A DNA stretch of 19,736 bases from Laspinema palackyanum D2c (GCF_025370875.1 NZ_JAMXFD010000004.1:260777-280512), one strand, 5' to 3'; shown: positions 1 through 8,713, counted from the stretch's first letter. A program made the numbers and translations. The notes: a model not told the origin generated them from the sequence alone.

Positions 1-1
1 G

Positions 2-1696
2 CTACAAGGACTTAAATCCAGTCAGCTTAAGCAACTTGACCGCCTATACCACCAAAAGCTCCCCGTAGATGCGATTACTACCTCGGAATTCGCCCAGCGT
101 CTGGGGGCGATTAGTACCGAAATCAAAGATTCGGTTTGTGTTTATATCAACCGTCGGGGTCAGGTGATCCGGGTGGGGGTGGGTTCACCGCGTCAAACCC
201 AAATCCCGGCAATGGAGTTACCCCGCTATGGAGAGGGTCGTCTGAGTGGGATTCGCTGTATTACTACTCAGTTGAAGGGCGAGGGGCCGAGTGAGTCTTC
301 TCTAACAGCAATGGCGATTCAACGCTTGGATGCTTTAGTCGTGTTGAATGTAACCGGGGAGGGGTTTGAACGGCGCGGAGGTGGGGCCACGGGTTATGTG
401 AGTCAATCCTATTTAGCACATTTGATTCCCCAAACGGGTATGGAAGAGGGTCAGGACAATGGGGCGATCGCCTCCTGGACCGTTTCCCCCCCGATGAGTC
501 TGGATGCCCTCTCCCTACAGGACTTCCTAGAACTCGTCGAGGGCCTAGAAGCGGAGTTCCAGCGCGAATTTATCGCCCGGGATGTGGATGCGGACCACGA
601 TCGCGCTCTATTAGTCGGAGTAATGACTAATAATCTCAAAGAGGAGCAGTTTGAGGATGGACTCAGGGAACTGGCGCGTCTAGTAGATACTGCCGGGGGA
701 ACCGTCTTGCAAACCATGCGCCAGAAACGTCCCCGTCTCCATCCCCAAACCGTGGTCGGAAAGGGGAAGGTGGAAGAAATTGCCCTCACTGCACAAACCC
801 TCGGCAGCAATCTGATTGTCTTCGATCGCGAACTCTCTCCGGCACAAGTCCGCAATCTGGAGGTCCAAATCGGCGTCCGGGTGGTCGATCGCACTGAGGT
901 GATTCTGGATATCTTTGCCCAACGCGCCCAATCTGGGGCAGGTAAACTCCAAGTCGAATTAGCCCAATTGGAATATATGCTCCCCCGTCTCACGGGTCGA
1001 GGTCAAGCGATGTCCCGCTTAGGGGGGGGAATTGGCACCCGAGGCCCTGGAGAAACGAAGCTGGAAACCGAACGCCGCGCCATTCAACGGCGAATTGCCC
1101 GTCTGCAACAGGAAGTGAACGAGTTGCAGGCCCATCGATCGCGGATGCGCCTGCGTCGCCAACATCAAGATGTCCCTTCCGTGGCGATCGTCGGTTATAC
1201 CAATGCCGGTAAATCTACTCTGCTCAATGCCTTGACCAATGCGGAAATTTATACGGCAGATCAACTGTTTGCCACCTTGGACCCCACCACCAGGCGGTTA
1301 GTAATTCCTACGGTGATGGGCGATACCCAGACGATCGTTGTCACCGATACCGTGGGGTTTATTCATGAATTGCCCCCCTCCTTGATGGATGCCTTCCGCG
1401 CCACCTTAGAAGAAGTTACCGAAGCGGATGCCTTGCTGCACGTTGTCGATTTATCCCATCCCGCATGGCAAAGTCAGATTCGCTCCGTGATGAAGATTTT
1501 GGGGGAAATGCCAGTGACTCCAGGACCGGCCCTGGTTGCTTTTAATAAGATTGATGCGGTGGATGGAGATACCCTGGCGATCGCCAAGGAAGAGTTTCCC
1601 CTGGCCGTCTTTATCTGTGCCCGGGAGCGTCTGGGACTCGAAACCCTGCGCCAACGACTCGCTCAACTCATCGATTATGCAGTGGCCCCTCAGTAA
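2..1696 (+). CDS. hflX: GTPase HflX (5' partial; frame is open to window edge; first in-window ATG at 164)
   Basis: P-loop [14 protein letters not shown]; G4 NKID; HflX N-domain motifs [37 protein letters not shown]; frame 2 has no stop from position 2 to 164. Confidence 0.85.
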   Translation, partial: LQGLKSSQLKQLDRLYHQKLPVDAITTSEFAQRLGAISTEIKDSVCVYINRRGQVIRVGVGSPRQTQIPAMELPRYGEGRLSGIRCITTQLKGEGPSESSLTAMAIQRLDALVVLNVTGEGFERRGGGATGYVSQSYLAHLIPQTGMEEGQDNGAIASWTVSPPMSLDALSLQDFLELVEGLEAEFQREFIARDVDADHDRALLVGVMTNNLKEEQFEDGLRELARLVDTAGGTVLQTMRQKRPRLHPQTVVGKGKVEEIALTAQTLGSNLIVFDRELSPAQVRNLEVQIGVRVVDRTEVILDIFAQRAQSGAGKLQVELAQLEYMLPRLTGRGQAMSRLGGGIGTRGPGETKLETERRAIQRRIARLQQEVNELQAHRSRMRLRRQHQDVPSVAIVGYTNAGKSTLLNALTNAEIYTADQLFATLDPTTRRLVIPTVMGDTQTIVVTDTVGFIHELPPSLMDAFRATLEEVTEADALLHVVDLSHPAWQSQIRSVMKILGEMPVTPGPALVAFNKIDAVDGDTLAIAKEEFPLAVFICARERLGLETLRQRLAQLIDYAVAPQ

Positions 1697-1785
1697 TCTC
1701 TTTTTTCCGGTTTGCCGAAGTTACGCGATTTTGCTGACGACATTCCCTTATCCATGAGGTAATAATAAGTTAAGCACTGTTATGT

Positions 1786-1821
1786 CAACAAGTCCGCAAT
1801 CAATTTATTGAGGACTTGTTG
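1786..1821. other. perfect 10-bp inverted repeat CAACAAGTCC / GGACTTGTTG with 16-nt loop, about 90 nt downstream of hflX stop
   Basis: read directly; no U-tract follows. Confidence 0.4.
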
Positions 1822-2164
1822 CTGCGTAAAATCTCGTACTTTATCAAAACTTTGTATTAGTACAGAGCCAAAATCTCGGCAAATTCTAGCATTCAGTTTA
1901 TTTATATAAAGATTTTACAAAGCTGAGTGCAAACTATGGACAGAGTTAGGGTTTGATGGATACAGTTGAATGGAGTACCGGCGATCGCTCCGCAAAATGG
2001 GAGTTTGGCCTCCTCTTATAAAGGAGTCAAGGAATTAACCAATTCCATCGCTTAGTGCAATTGCCTAATAGGGTGGCATAAATATGCTGACTAGAACAGC
2101 CAAGCAAGAGTGCAACCGTCGGTTCGATTTCACCCATTATGCTGGTAGGATTCAGGAAAAAGAT

Positions 2165-2989
2165 ATGTTTAGATTGCTCAAACCACTTACTTTAGGGCTA
2201 TCCGTCATGGGCTCCGTCGGGGTTTACTCCTTGACTGTTGCCGCATCTGCCTCAGCTTTGACTCTTTTTGACAGCAGTACAAGCCTAGGCATTTCTCTCA
2301 GCGATGTTGGCAAAGAATTTACCGTTAACTTTGACGGAAATGTAAGTACAAACAACGTTTCTGGACTCTCCTCGGAAGCGATTTTTAAATTGGAGGCTTT
2401 TGAGTTTAACAGCGTTGGCGGCTACACCGAGGCGATTTTTGATGTGTTCCTCAAGAACACCTCCAGCGAGGGTCTCACCTCTCGGACCTCGGCTTTAGGG
2501 TTTGATGTTTGGAATTGGAATAGTGGCACCACTCTAGGTTCTGGCATGACCCTCCAAGGCGTTGGTAGCGCCAGTGGTGAAGGCAATACCCGGGTTGAAG
2601 GTTTATTTATCAATGACCGATCTGGCGACTTTCCCAATGAGTTTGGAGCACTTGATGTCTGCTTTACTAATGGGAACCGCTGCCAAGGCGGAGCCAATGG
2701 CGGCGTCGAGACCGGCAATACCGGAAGGTTCACGGCCAGTCTAGCCTTCTCCGGTGACGTCAAAAGCTTTGCGCTGAACAACTTCGGGGTTCGCTACCAA
2801 AGCATTAACGGACAGACCTTTGTTGACCAGAGCGGTACGGGTCAAGGTACGATTGATATCGGCATCCGCTCAGAAGATCCCAAACAGGTTCCGGAACCGA
2901 CAGCGACTACGGCGTTGTTCCTGCTCGGAGCAGGAGCCCTTAAATATGGAAAAAAAAAGCCGCAACCTCTGATTCAAACTGAAGGTTAA
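2165..2989 (+). CDS. PEP-CTERM sorting-domain secreted protein (ORF opens at 2084; likely start is ATG 2165 preceding the signal peptide)
   Basis: N-terminal signal peptide MFRLLKPLTLGLSVMGSVGVYSLTVAASASA; C-terminal VPEPTATTALFLLGAGALKYGKKK, i.e. PEP motif + TM helix + basic cluster. Confidence 0.75.
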   Translation: MFRLLKPLTLGLSVMGSVGVYSLTVAASASALTLFDSSTSLGISLSDVGKEFTVNFDGNVSTNNVSGLSSEAIFKLEAFEFNSVGGYTEAIFDVFLKNTSSEGLTSRTSALGFDVWNWNSGTTLGSGMTLQGVGSASGEGNTRVEGLFINDRSGDFPNEFGALDVCFTNGNRCQGGANGGVETGNTGRFTASLAFSGDVKSFALNNFGVRYQSINGQTFVDQSGTGQGTIDIGIRSEDPKQVPEPTATTALFLLGAGALKYGKKKPQPLIQTEG

Positions 2990-3084
2990 ACCCTAGAATC
3001 ATGAGATCAAGTGAAGGAATACATTAATTGTGAATAAGGGGAGCCATTTGAAGCTCTATAAATTTCAAACTGGGTGCTTTTGCG

Positions 3085-3110
3085 CTCCCCCGCATAGTGG
3101 GGAGTTTTTT
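3085..3110 (+). terminator. rho-independent terminator after PEP-CTERM gene
   Basis: CTCCCC(3085-3090) loop GGGGAG(3099-3104) followed by TTTTTT 3105-3110. Confidence 0.6.
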
Positions 3111-3358
3111 GTCTAAATTGGCCTCGTGGGTTAATTTTAATTACATTTTATTTCAATCGGTTTATAGGAATTCATCTATAAAATAGGCAATGTTTATAAT
3201 CCCAGGGTGGGATAAATCCACTTTTGGGAGCCTCTGCTGATGAGTTTTTACAGTTTAAATGACGGATTAACAATCAGTCTAAGTCAGAAAATGAACCAGG
3301 GTGAGCAGTCCCGTTACAATGGAGTAAACCTCAGATTGCTCAGACCTGTGAACCTATT

Positions 3359-3628
3359 ATGAAACCTAACGTAGAAATCTACACCTGGAGTAGTTGTCCG
3401 TTCTGTCGGCGGGCGAAAGCGCTGTTAGATCGCAAAGGTGTAGAGTATGCGGAATACTGCATTGATGGAGATGAAGACGCCAGGGATCAGATGGCAACCC
3501 GTGCCAATGGGCGTCGATCTGTGCCTCAGATTTTTATTAACGATCGCCATATTGGGGGATGCGACGATTTGCACGCCCTCGATGCCAACAATCAGTTAGA
3601 TCCCATGCTGCAACCGGAGTCGGTTTAG
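3359..3628 (+). CDS. grxC: glutaredoxin 3 (CPFC-type dithiol Grx)
   Basis: WSSCPFCRRAKALL active site; SVPQIFI; GGCDDL; 89 aa. Confidence 0.9.
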   Translation: MKPNVEIYTWSSCPFCRRAKALLDRKGVEYAEYCIDGDEDARDQMATRANGRRSVPQIFINDRHIGGCDDLHALDANNQLDPMLQPESV

Positions 3629-3685
3629 TCCAAAGGTAAAGCAACGGAAAGACAACCGGGTTCTTTCCCCCCCTTTCTGCACAAA

Positions 3686-3719
3686 AGCCCCTAAATGGGG
3701 GCTAAACCCCCGCTTTCTT
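3686..3719 (+). other. two mutually exclusive GC hairpins (AGCCCC-TAAAT-GGGGCT or GGGGG-CTAAA-CCCCC) followed by a U-rich tract; possible weak terminator or attenuator
   Basis: read directly; shared GGGGG run 3697-3701. Confidence 0.3.
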
Positions 3720-3780
3720 GTCCCTAGGATTGACAGCAGCATCCATCCTCTAGGAGGATTGGGGCGGAAATAGCACTCAA

Positions 3781-3816
3781 AAAAAGCGATCGCCCCTGGG
3801 AGGCGATCGCTTTTTT
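3781..3816. terminator. bidirectional rho-independent terminator with HIP1 stems: AAAAA-GCGATCGCC-loop-GGCGATCGC-TTTTTT
   Basis: 9-bp perfect stem 3786-3794 / 3802-3810, A5 upstream and T6 downstream. Confidence 0.65.
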
Positions 3817-3884
3817 GTCCCATTTAGCGCTTAAATAAAATAGGTAAAGCTCCACCCAGGGAACCATTCACAAGGGAAGTAACC

Positions 3885-4862
3885 GTGAAATTTGCCTTCA
3901 TCATCGATCCGATCCAAAAACTAGATCCCACCCACGATACCAGCGTCGCGCTGATGGAATCCGCCCAAGCGAAAGGACATGAGGTTTGGATAACTGAGGC
4001 GCATCAACTCAGCGTCGTGAATGGCAAAGCTTGGGCAATTTTCGACCAAGTGACCCTCAAACCGATCGAACGCGCAGGCGATCGCTGGATAGCGGCAAAC
4101 CCCTGGTACCAAATCCAACCCGACGGTTCCCATCCCCTCGAAGCAATGGATGTCGTCTTCATGCGAACCGACCCCCCCGTCACCATTCCCTATCTCTACG
4201 CCACCTACATTCTCGATTACATCGACCCCGATAAAACCCTCGTCGTCAACTCCCCAAACGGACTGCGATCGGCCAATGAAAAAATGTATGCCCTCCAATT
4301 TACCTCGGTCATTCCTGAAACCATCGTCAGTCAAAGTAAAGTCGTGATTCGCGAGTTTTTAGACCGAAAAGGTGCAGCAGTTCTCAAACCATTAGGCGGA
4401 AAAGCCGGAGAAGGCATTTTATTCCTAGACCCCGAGGATAAAAACTTCAATTCCCTGATTGAAATTAGTACCAAACAAGGCAAAGAACCCGTCATGGTCC
4501 AAACCTATCTCCCGGAAGCCAAACAAGGAGATAAAAGAATTATCCTCCTCAATGGCGAACCCATTGGCGCAGTTAATCGGGTTCCCAGTGGGAGTGAATT
4601 TCGTGGGAATATGGCCGTCGGAGGTCTAGCGGTCAAAACAGAAATTACCGATCGCGAACGACAAATCTGCGCTGAAGTCGGTCCGAAACTCCGAGAAGAT
4701 GGCCTATATTTCGTCGGCCTAGATGTGATTGGAGGTTATTTAACCGAAGTCAATGTCACCAGTCCCACAGGGATTCGCGAAATTGATAAATATCTCCCCA
4801 ATGATGAACGCCTAGGACATCAAGTGATTGACTGGGTAGAGAGTTTTATGATGGAAAAATAG
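3885..4862 (+). CDS. gshB: glutathione synthetase, prokaryotic ATP-grasp type (GTG start)
   Basis: collinear with E. coli GshB: YATYILDYIDPDKTLVVNSP, DKRIILLNGEP, RGNMAVGG, VGLDVIGGYLTEVNVTSPTGIREI; RBS AAGGGAAG 3872-3879. Confidence 0.92.
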   Translation: MKFAFIIDPIQKLDPTHDTSVALMESAQAKGHEVWITEAHQLSVVNGKAWAIFDQVTLKPIERAGDRWIAANPWYQIQPDGSHPLEAMDVVFMRTDPPVTIPYLYATYILDYIDPDKTLVVNSPNGLRSANEKMYALQFTSVIPETIVSQSKVVIREFLDRKGAAVLKPLGGKAGEGILFLDPEDKNFNSLIEISTKQGKEPVMVQTYLPEAKQGDKRIILLNGEPIGAVNRVPSGSEFRGNMAVGGLAVKTEITDRERQICAEVGPKLREDGLYFVGLDVIGGYLTEVNVTSPTGIREIDKYLPNDERLGHQVIDWVESFMMEK

Positions 4863-4868
4863 GGTCCA

Positions 4869-5005
4869 TGTTTGTAGTAACGACTTCAGTCGTTCCCTCC
4901 CTTGTTTGTAGTAACGACTTCAGTCGTTTCCTTCCTTGTTTGTAGTAACGACTTCAGTCGTTTCCTCCCATGTTTGTAGTAACGACTTCAGTCGTTCCCT
5001 CTCCC
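4869..5005 (+). repeat. 4 tandem copies of a 34-bp REP-like unit TGTTTGTAGTAACGACTTCAGTCGTT(C/T)CCTCCC, each with hairpin AACGAC-TTCA-GTCGTT
   Basis: unit starts 4869, 4903, 4937, 4971 (period exactly 34). Confidence 0.9.
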
Positions 5006-5059
5006 ATCATCCATCATCCGTCTGCTCACCCCTGACCCAGAACAAAGGACAAAAGACTT

Positions 5060-6220
5060 ATGACGAATTTATCCAGTGCCTCCTCTTATCCTACGGGCCC
5101 TAATTATGCACCGGGACCGATTGGTGTCGCCATTGTGGGGACAGGGTTTGGACAGAAAGTGCATATTCCCGGATTGAAAGAATATCCTCAGACTGAACCG
5201 ATCGCCGTCTATCATCGGGATATTAATCAGGCGGAAGCGATCGCCGCGACTCATCATATCCCCCTGGCAACCGATGCGATCGCCGATATCGCCAAAATGC
5301 CCGAAGTCCAGGCCGTGAGTCTGTCTACCCCGCCTTTCTTGCATTATGAAATGGCAAAACCCCTGCTAGAAGCAGGCAAACATTTATTACTCGAAAAACC
5401 CACCACCCTATCAGCATCGGAAGCAAAAGAACTCTATCGAATTGCCAATGCTAACGGTGTGGTCACGGCGATGGATTTTGAATTTAGATTCGTTCCAGCA
5501 TGGCAGCGGTTTAAAGAATTGTTAGATGATAGATATTGTGGACAAATCCGGTTAATTAAAATTGATTGGTTAGTCTCCTCTCGCGCTGATGCCAGTCGGC
5601 CTTGGAATTGGTACTCTCAAAAACAGCAAGGCGGTGGTGCTTTAGGGGCGATCGGGTCTCATTGTTTTGATTATATTTCCTGGTTATTTGGACCCGTCAA
5701 ACGCTTATCTGCTTCCCTGAGTACCGCAGTCACCGAACGTCCGGACCCGAAAGCGGGGGGACAACTAAAACCTGTAGATGCCGATGATACCTGCCTAATG
5801 ATGTTGGAATTGGCCGATGGCACTCCTATCCAAGTAAGTTTGAGTTCCGCAACTTACCAAGGACGAGGACATTGGGTAGAAGTGTATGGCGATCGCGGCA
5901 CCTTAGTCCTCGGCAGCGACAATCAGAAAGATTATGTACATGGGTTTAAATTGTGGGGTGCACCGGCAGGGGAATCCTTATCAGAATTGACGATTCCCAA
6001 CCGTCTGGAGTTTTCTAAAACCTACCCGGATGGCCGGATTGCGCCCTTTATTCGCGTGGTGGATAATTGGGTCCGAGGGATTGAGGCCAGACAGGCGATC
6101 GCCCCTTCCTTACGAGAGGGTGTCTATTCTCAACTCCTCATGGACCTCACCCATGAATCCCACGAAACCGGCACCTGGGTCACGGTACCCAATTTTGATG
6201 ACTATTTAGCACGCAGTTAA
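5060..6220 (+). CDS. Gfo/Idh/MocA family NAD(P)-dependent oxidoreductase
   Basis: N-terminal Rossmann GVAIVGTGFGQKVHIPGL; EKP motif LLEKP; C-terminal alpha/beta domain; 386 aa. Confidence 0.8.
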   Translation: MTNLSSASSYPTGPNYAPGPIGVAIVGTGFGQKVHIPGLKEYPQTEPIAVYHRDINQAEAIAATHHIPLATDAIADIAKMPEVQAVSLSTPPFLHYEMAKPLLEAGKHLLLEKPTTLSASEAKELYRIANANGVVTAMDFEFRFVPAWQRFKELLDDRYCGQIRLIKIDWLVSSRADASRPWNWYSQKQQGGGALGAIGSHCFDYISWLFGPVKRLSASLSTAVTERPDPKAGGQLKPVDADDTCLMMLELADGTPIQVSLSSATYQGRGHWVEVYGDRGTLVLGSDNQKDYVHGFKLWGAPAGESLSELTIPNRLEFSKTYPDGRIAPFIRVVDNWVRGIEARQAIAPSLREGVYSQLLMDLTHESHETGTWVTVPNFDDYLARS

Positions 6221-6230
6221 ACAAAGAAAA

Positions 6231-6299
6231 TGTTCGTAGTAACGAATTCATTCGTTATCTTCTCATGTTCGTCGTAATGACTTCAGTCGTTATCTTTTC
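6231..6299 (+). repeat. 2 direct copies of the same 34/35-bp palindromic unit (variants AACGAATTCATTCGTT and AATGACTTCAGTCGTT)
   Basis: same family as 4869-5005; stem preserved by compensatory and wobble changes. Confidence 0.85.
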
Positions 6300-6369
6300 A
6301 TGTTCGTAGTAACGAATTCATTCGTTATTCCCTTAAATTAAGAACGACTGAAGTCGTTACTACAAACAT
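6300..6369. mobile_element. MITE/BIME-like composite: unit + 14-bp spacer (TCCCTTAAATTAAG) + inverted unit; termini ATGTTCGTAGTAACGA ... TCGTTACTACAAACAT
   Basis: inverted repeat arms 6300-6328 and 6343-6369. Confidence 0.6.
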
Positions 6370-6390
6370 GGGCCTGATATTTTCTCCCAG

Positions 6391-6457
6391 TTCGTAGTAA
6401 CGACTTCAGTCGTTATTCCCTTAAATTAAGAACGACTGAAGTCGTTACTACGAACAT
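6391..6457. mobile_element. second MITE/BIME-like composite with perfect 25-bp inverted arms and the same 14-bp spacer
   Basis: TTCGTAGTAACGACTTCAGTCGTTA ... TAACGACTGAAGTCGTTACTACGAACAT. Confidence 0.6.
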
Positions 6458-6473
6458 CAAACCCCAGCATTGT

Positions 6474-7034
6474 TTAACATTCTTTCAAACTCGAAGGGGG
6501 ATAAGACGGTAACATTTCCACCGGGCGATCGCCAGGGAGCTCCTCAATCCACACCTGGACCCCGACTTTGCGAACCCGTCCCATCCGACCTGCTTTCGGA
6601 CCCTCTAAAATTTCCACCTTAGACCCCACCTGGGGCAGTTCCGTACAACTCGCCGAAGTTGCCAGGGCCAACTCCACCAACTTATCGATCGCCTGAGATG
6701 CTGGAATCGGTTGGTCTTGCAACCATTCCACCGTTTCCGGGGCCAGGGAAAACAACTTGCGGACTCGGTTTTTTTTGCGACTCTTTGGCCCTTTCTTCAA
6801 ATTTGCCTTGGAGTTAGGGTGGTGTCCCCGCTTACTCGGTGACCCGACTGCCTCAATTTCCCCAGTCCCTAAAACTCGGTTGCAGGTGGTCCGAATGTAG
6901 CACTCTTCATCGGTTTCACAGACCTCCGCAATCTCTAAAACCTGACACTCATACCAGTCGGACTGTTGGGGATCCGTGCGACAAACCACCTTCTGACCGG
7001 GGTGAAATTGTTTTTTGTCATCAAACATTGACAT
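6474..7034 (-). CDS. hypothetical protein; lysine/arginine-rich linker; C-terminal KOW-like motif (GSKVEILEGPKAGRMGRVRKV); possible RHH-like strand-helix (KLFSLAPETVEWL...AIDKLVELAL)
   Basis: 186-aa ORF, motif reading only. Confidence 0.5.
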   Translation of the reverse strand: MSMFDDKKQFHPGQKVVCRTDPQQSDWYECQVLEIAEVCETDEECYIRTTCNRVLGTGEIEAVGSPSKRGHHPNSKANLKKGPKSRKKNRVRKLFSLAPETVEWLQDQPIPASQAIDKLVELALATSASCTELPQVGSKVEILEGPKAGRMGRVRKVGVQVWIEELPGDRPVEMLPSYPPSSLKEC

Positions 7035-7315
7035 TTCTCCAATCAGTATATACGATTAGAATATAACCTAAAGGATTCCAGCCGGATTAAGAAAACCTTT
7101 AAGTTTTCTACCCCCACATCTAGCGGGGGTCGAGGGCAGCTCCACTCTACGGATGGAGTCGAGAGCAACCCTTTTGAAAAATTTAAGGACTGTAATCTAG
7201 GCGAAACGGTTACAGCACAATCACTTTGGGATATTGCTCCCGTGCAAGACCTCGGGAGAATGACCCCAGACTGAGGGATTCAATCCATAGCATATAGACA
7301 ATTGGAGATAGGACA

Positions 7316-7627
7316 ATGAACAAGCAAGCTTATGACGCCTTAAATCGCCTCGCGATGAGATTACATCAAACCCAGGGGACTGATGGCCCTGCAACGGAAG
7401 CAGAAGTGGCCCAGATTGCTGCCGCTTATCTGAACACTTTGGTGGAAAATTTATCCGATCGCGAATTGGTCCAAGCGATTGATGAATATCGTTCGGGTCA
7501 CACTCGGATTAAACAAGTCCAGGAGTCTGTTCAGAAGTGGTTAGAAACTGATTTAGGTCAAAGTCGAGAGCAAGAGTTCAAAGAATTTATTGCTCAATTA
7601 AACAGCAGAATGGGCAATGTAATTTAG
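7316..7627 (+). CDS. hypothetical small acidic protein (103 aa)
   Basis: clean ORF divergent from 6474-7034 gene; followed by terminator at 7697. Confidence 0.5.
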   Translation: MNKQAYDALNRLAMRLHQTQGTDGPATEAEVAQIAAAYLNTLVENLSDRELVQAIDEYRSGHTRIKQVQESVQKWLETDLGQSREQEFKEFIAQLNSRMGNVI

Positions 7628-7696
7628 GGTTGTTATTTAGGGTGGATTGAGCTTCACCAAAGGGACAAGTTACCATAATGATAGGAGCTAGAATCA

Positions 7697-7727
7697 AGAA
7701 AACCCCAGGCGATCGCTTGGGGTTTTC
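7697..7727. terminator. bidirectional terminator AAAACCCCAGGCGATCGCTTGGGGTTTT (HIP1 in loop), between convergent genes
   Basis: stem AAAACCCCAgg / cTTGGGGTTTT with one G-U pair. Confidence 0.55.
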
Positions 7728-7807
7728 GGTATTAAGGCTCTAGTTTTAAGAGGCGATCGCGCCGGTTGAAGTTCTCCCCAGGAGAATCGGGCCGATAATC
7801 CCCGCAA

Positions 7808-8539
7808 TTAAATCCGTTTGCCTTCGCGGAACTGTCCGGGGAAGCGTCTGCCAGCGCTATCAATCAGGACACCTTGACCGTGGGGAAGACCTTGACGTAA
7901 TTCTCCCTCATACCTTGTGCCATTGGGGAAGGTACAACTCCCATTCGCGTCCAAATTTTCGTTAAAAAACCGGCCTTGACAGCGGGTTCCATCCACGCGG
8001 TTGAGGGTCCCCTGACCAAAGGGCTGTCCGGCAAAGAATTCTCCCACATAGCGATCGCCATTGCTGAAGACAAATTGCCCTTGTCCAGCAGGTTGAGAGC
8101 TAACATCACCGCTACCAAGATCCTGAACGAGGCGGAAAGTCCCTTCATAGCGGGATCCATCGGGGAAAATAGCTTTCCCCCTCACAATATTGCCATTTTC
8201 AAATGTACCTTCATAGCGGGCATCATCGGCAAAGATGAAGGTTCCCTCTCCGTTGGGACGACCCCCGCTAAAGAGTCCTTCATAGCGATCGCCATTGGCA
8301 TATACATAGACCCCTCTACCATTGGGAACACCATTGGAAAACGATCCGACATAGTTATCCCCATTGTTGTAATTGCACTTAACTGGGCCAGCGGAAGCGT
8401 CTCCGGTGCAAAAAGGAGGGACATACTCCTCGCCCTCTTCTTGTGCGCTTGAGGTTGATATAGGCCCGATTGAACTGGCAATCTGCATCACACAGACGAT
8501 GAACATCGTCATTCCGATCTTTTTGAGAGAGTCAGTCAT
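7808..8539 (-). CDS. secreted MORN-repeat protein
   Basis: signal peptide MTDSLKKIGMTMFIVCVMQIASS; about 8 repeats of Y-x-G-x-F-x-x-G-x-P-x-G-x-G; GGAG 13-16 nt upstream of ATG. Confidence 0.8.
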   Translation of the reverse strand: MTDSLKKIGMTMFIVCVMQIASSIGPISTSSAQEEGEEYVPPFCTGDASAGPVKCNYNNGDNYVGSFSNGVPNGRGVYVYANGDRYEGLFSGGRPNGEGTFIFADDARYEGTFENGNIVRGKAIFPDGSRYEGTFRLVQDLGSGDVSSQPAGQGQFVFSNGDRYVGEFFAGQPFGQGTLNRVDGTRCQGRFFNENLDANGSCTFPNGTRYEGELRQGLPHGQGVLIDSAGRRFPGQFREGKRI

Positions 8540-8713
8540 AATCCTAACGTTCTCCTATGTGCATGGTTATTATCTATTCTAAGTTTTGGAAACCGAAACG
8601 TTCTTCTGCAATTGGGTAGATTCACCCCAAAGAATGAGGCGATCGCGTTCATGATTTTAGACATGACCGCGATCGGAACAACCGAGTGCCATTGCCTCAT
8701 AAATCCCCGATCT

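Noticed and set aside
451-993. 180-aa and 90-aa minus-strand ORFs inside hflX
   Set aside because: Antisense to a confidently identified conserved GTPase, with low-complexity Arg/Ser-rich translation.
1536-1757. 73-aa plus-strand ORF overlapping the hflX 3' end
   Set aside because: Out-of-frame overlap with the hflX C-terminus and no motifs.
2110-2130. tRNA-like T-loop motif GGTTCGATTTC
   Set aside because: The flanking sequence cannot form T-stem, acceptor or anticodon arms; it lies inside the 5' part of the PEP-CTERM ORF.
4869-5005. Possible CRISPR array (regular 34-bp repeats)
   Set aside because: The units are directly abutting with no unique spacers; the same unit also occurs inverted at 6343-6369 and 6431-6457; there are no cas genes. 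It is a REP/MITE-like family, not CRISPR.
7080-7260. Possible ncRNA in the 281-bp divergent intergenic region (small hairpins CTCCA...TGGAG, CTCCCG...CGGGAG)
   Set aside because: Only short 5-6-bp stems and no conserved ncRNA signature recognisable by eye; more likely divergent promoter region.
7976-8452. 158-aa plus-strand ORF and 98/99-aa minus-strand ORFs within the MORN gene
   Set aside because: They overlap the MORN repeat gene in other frames and antisense, and have no independent support.
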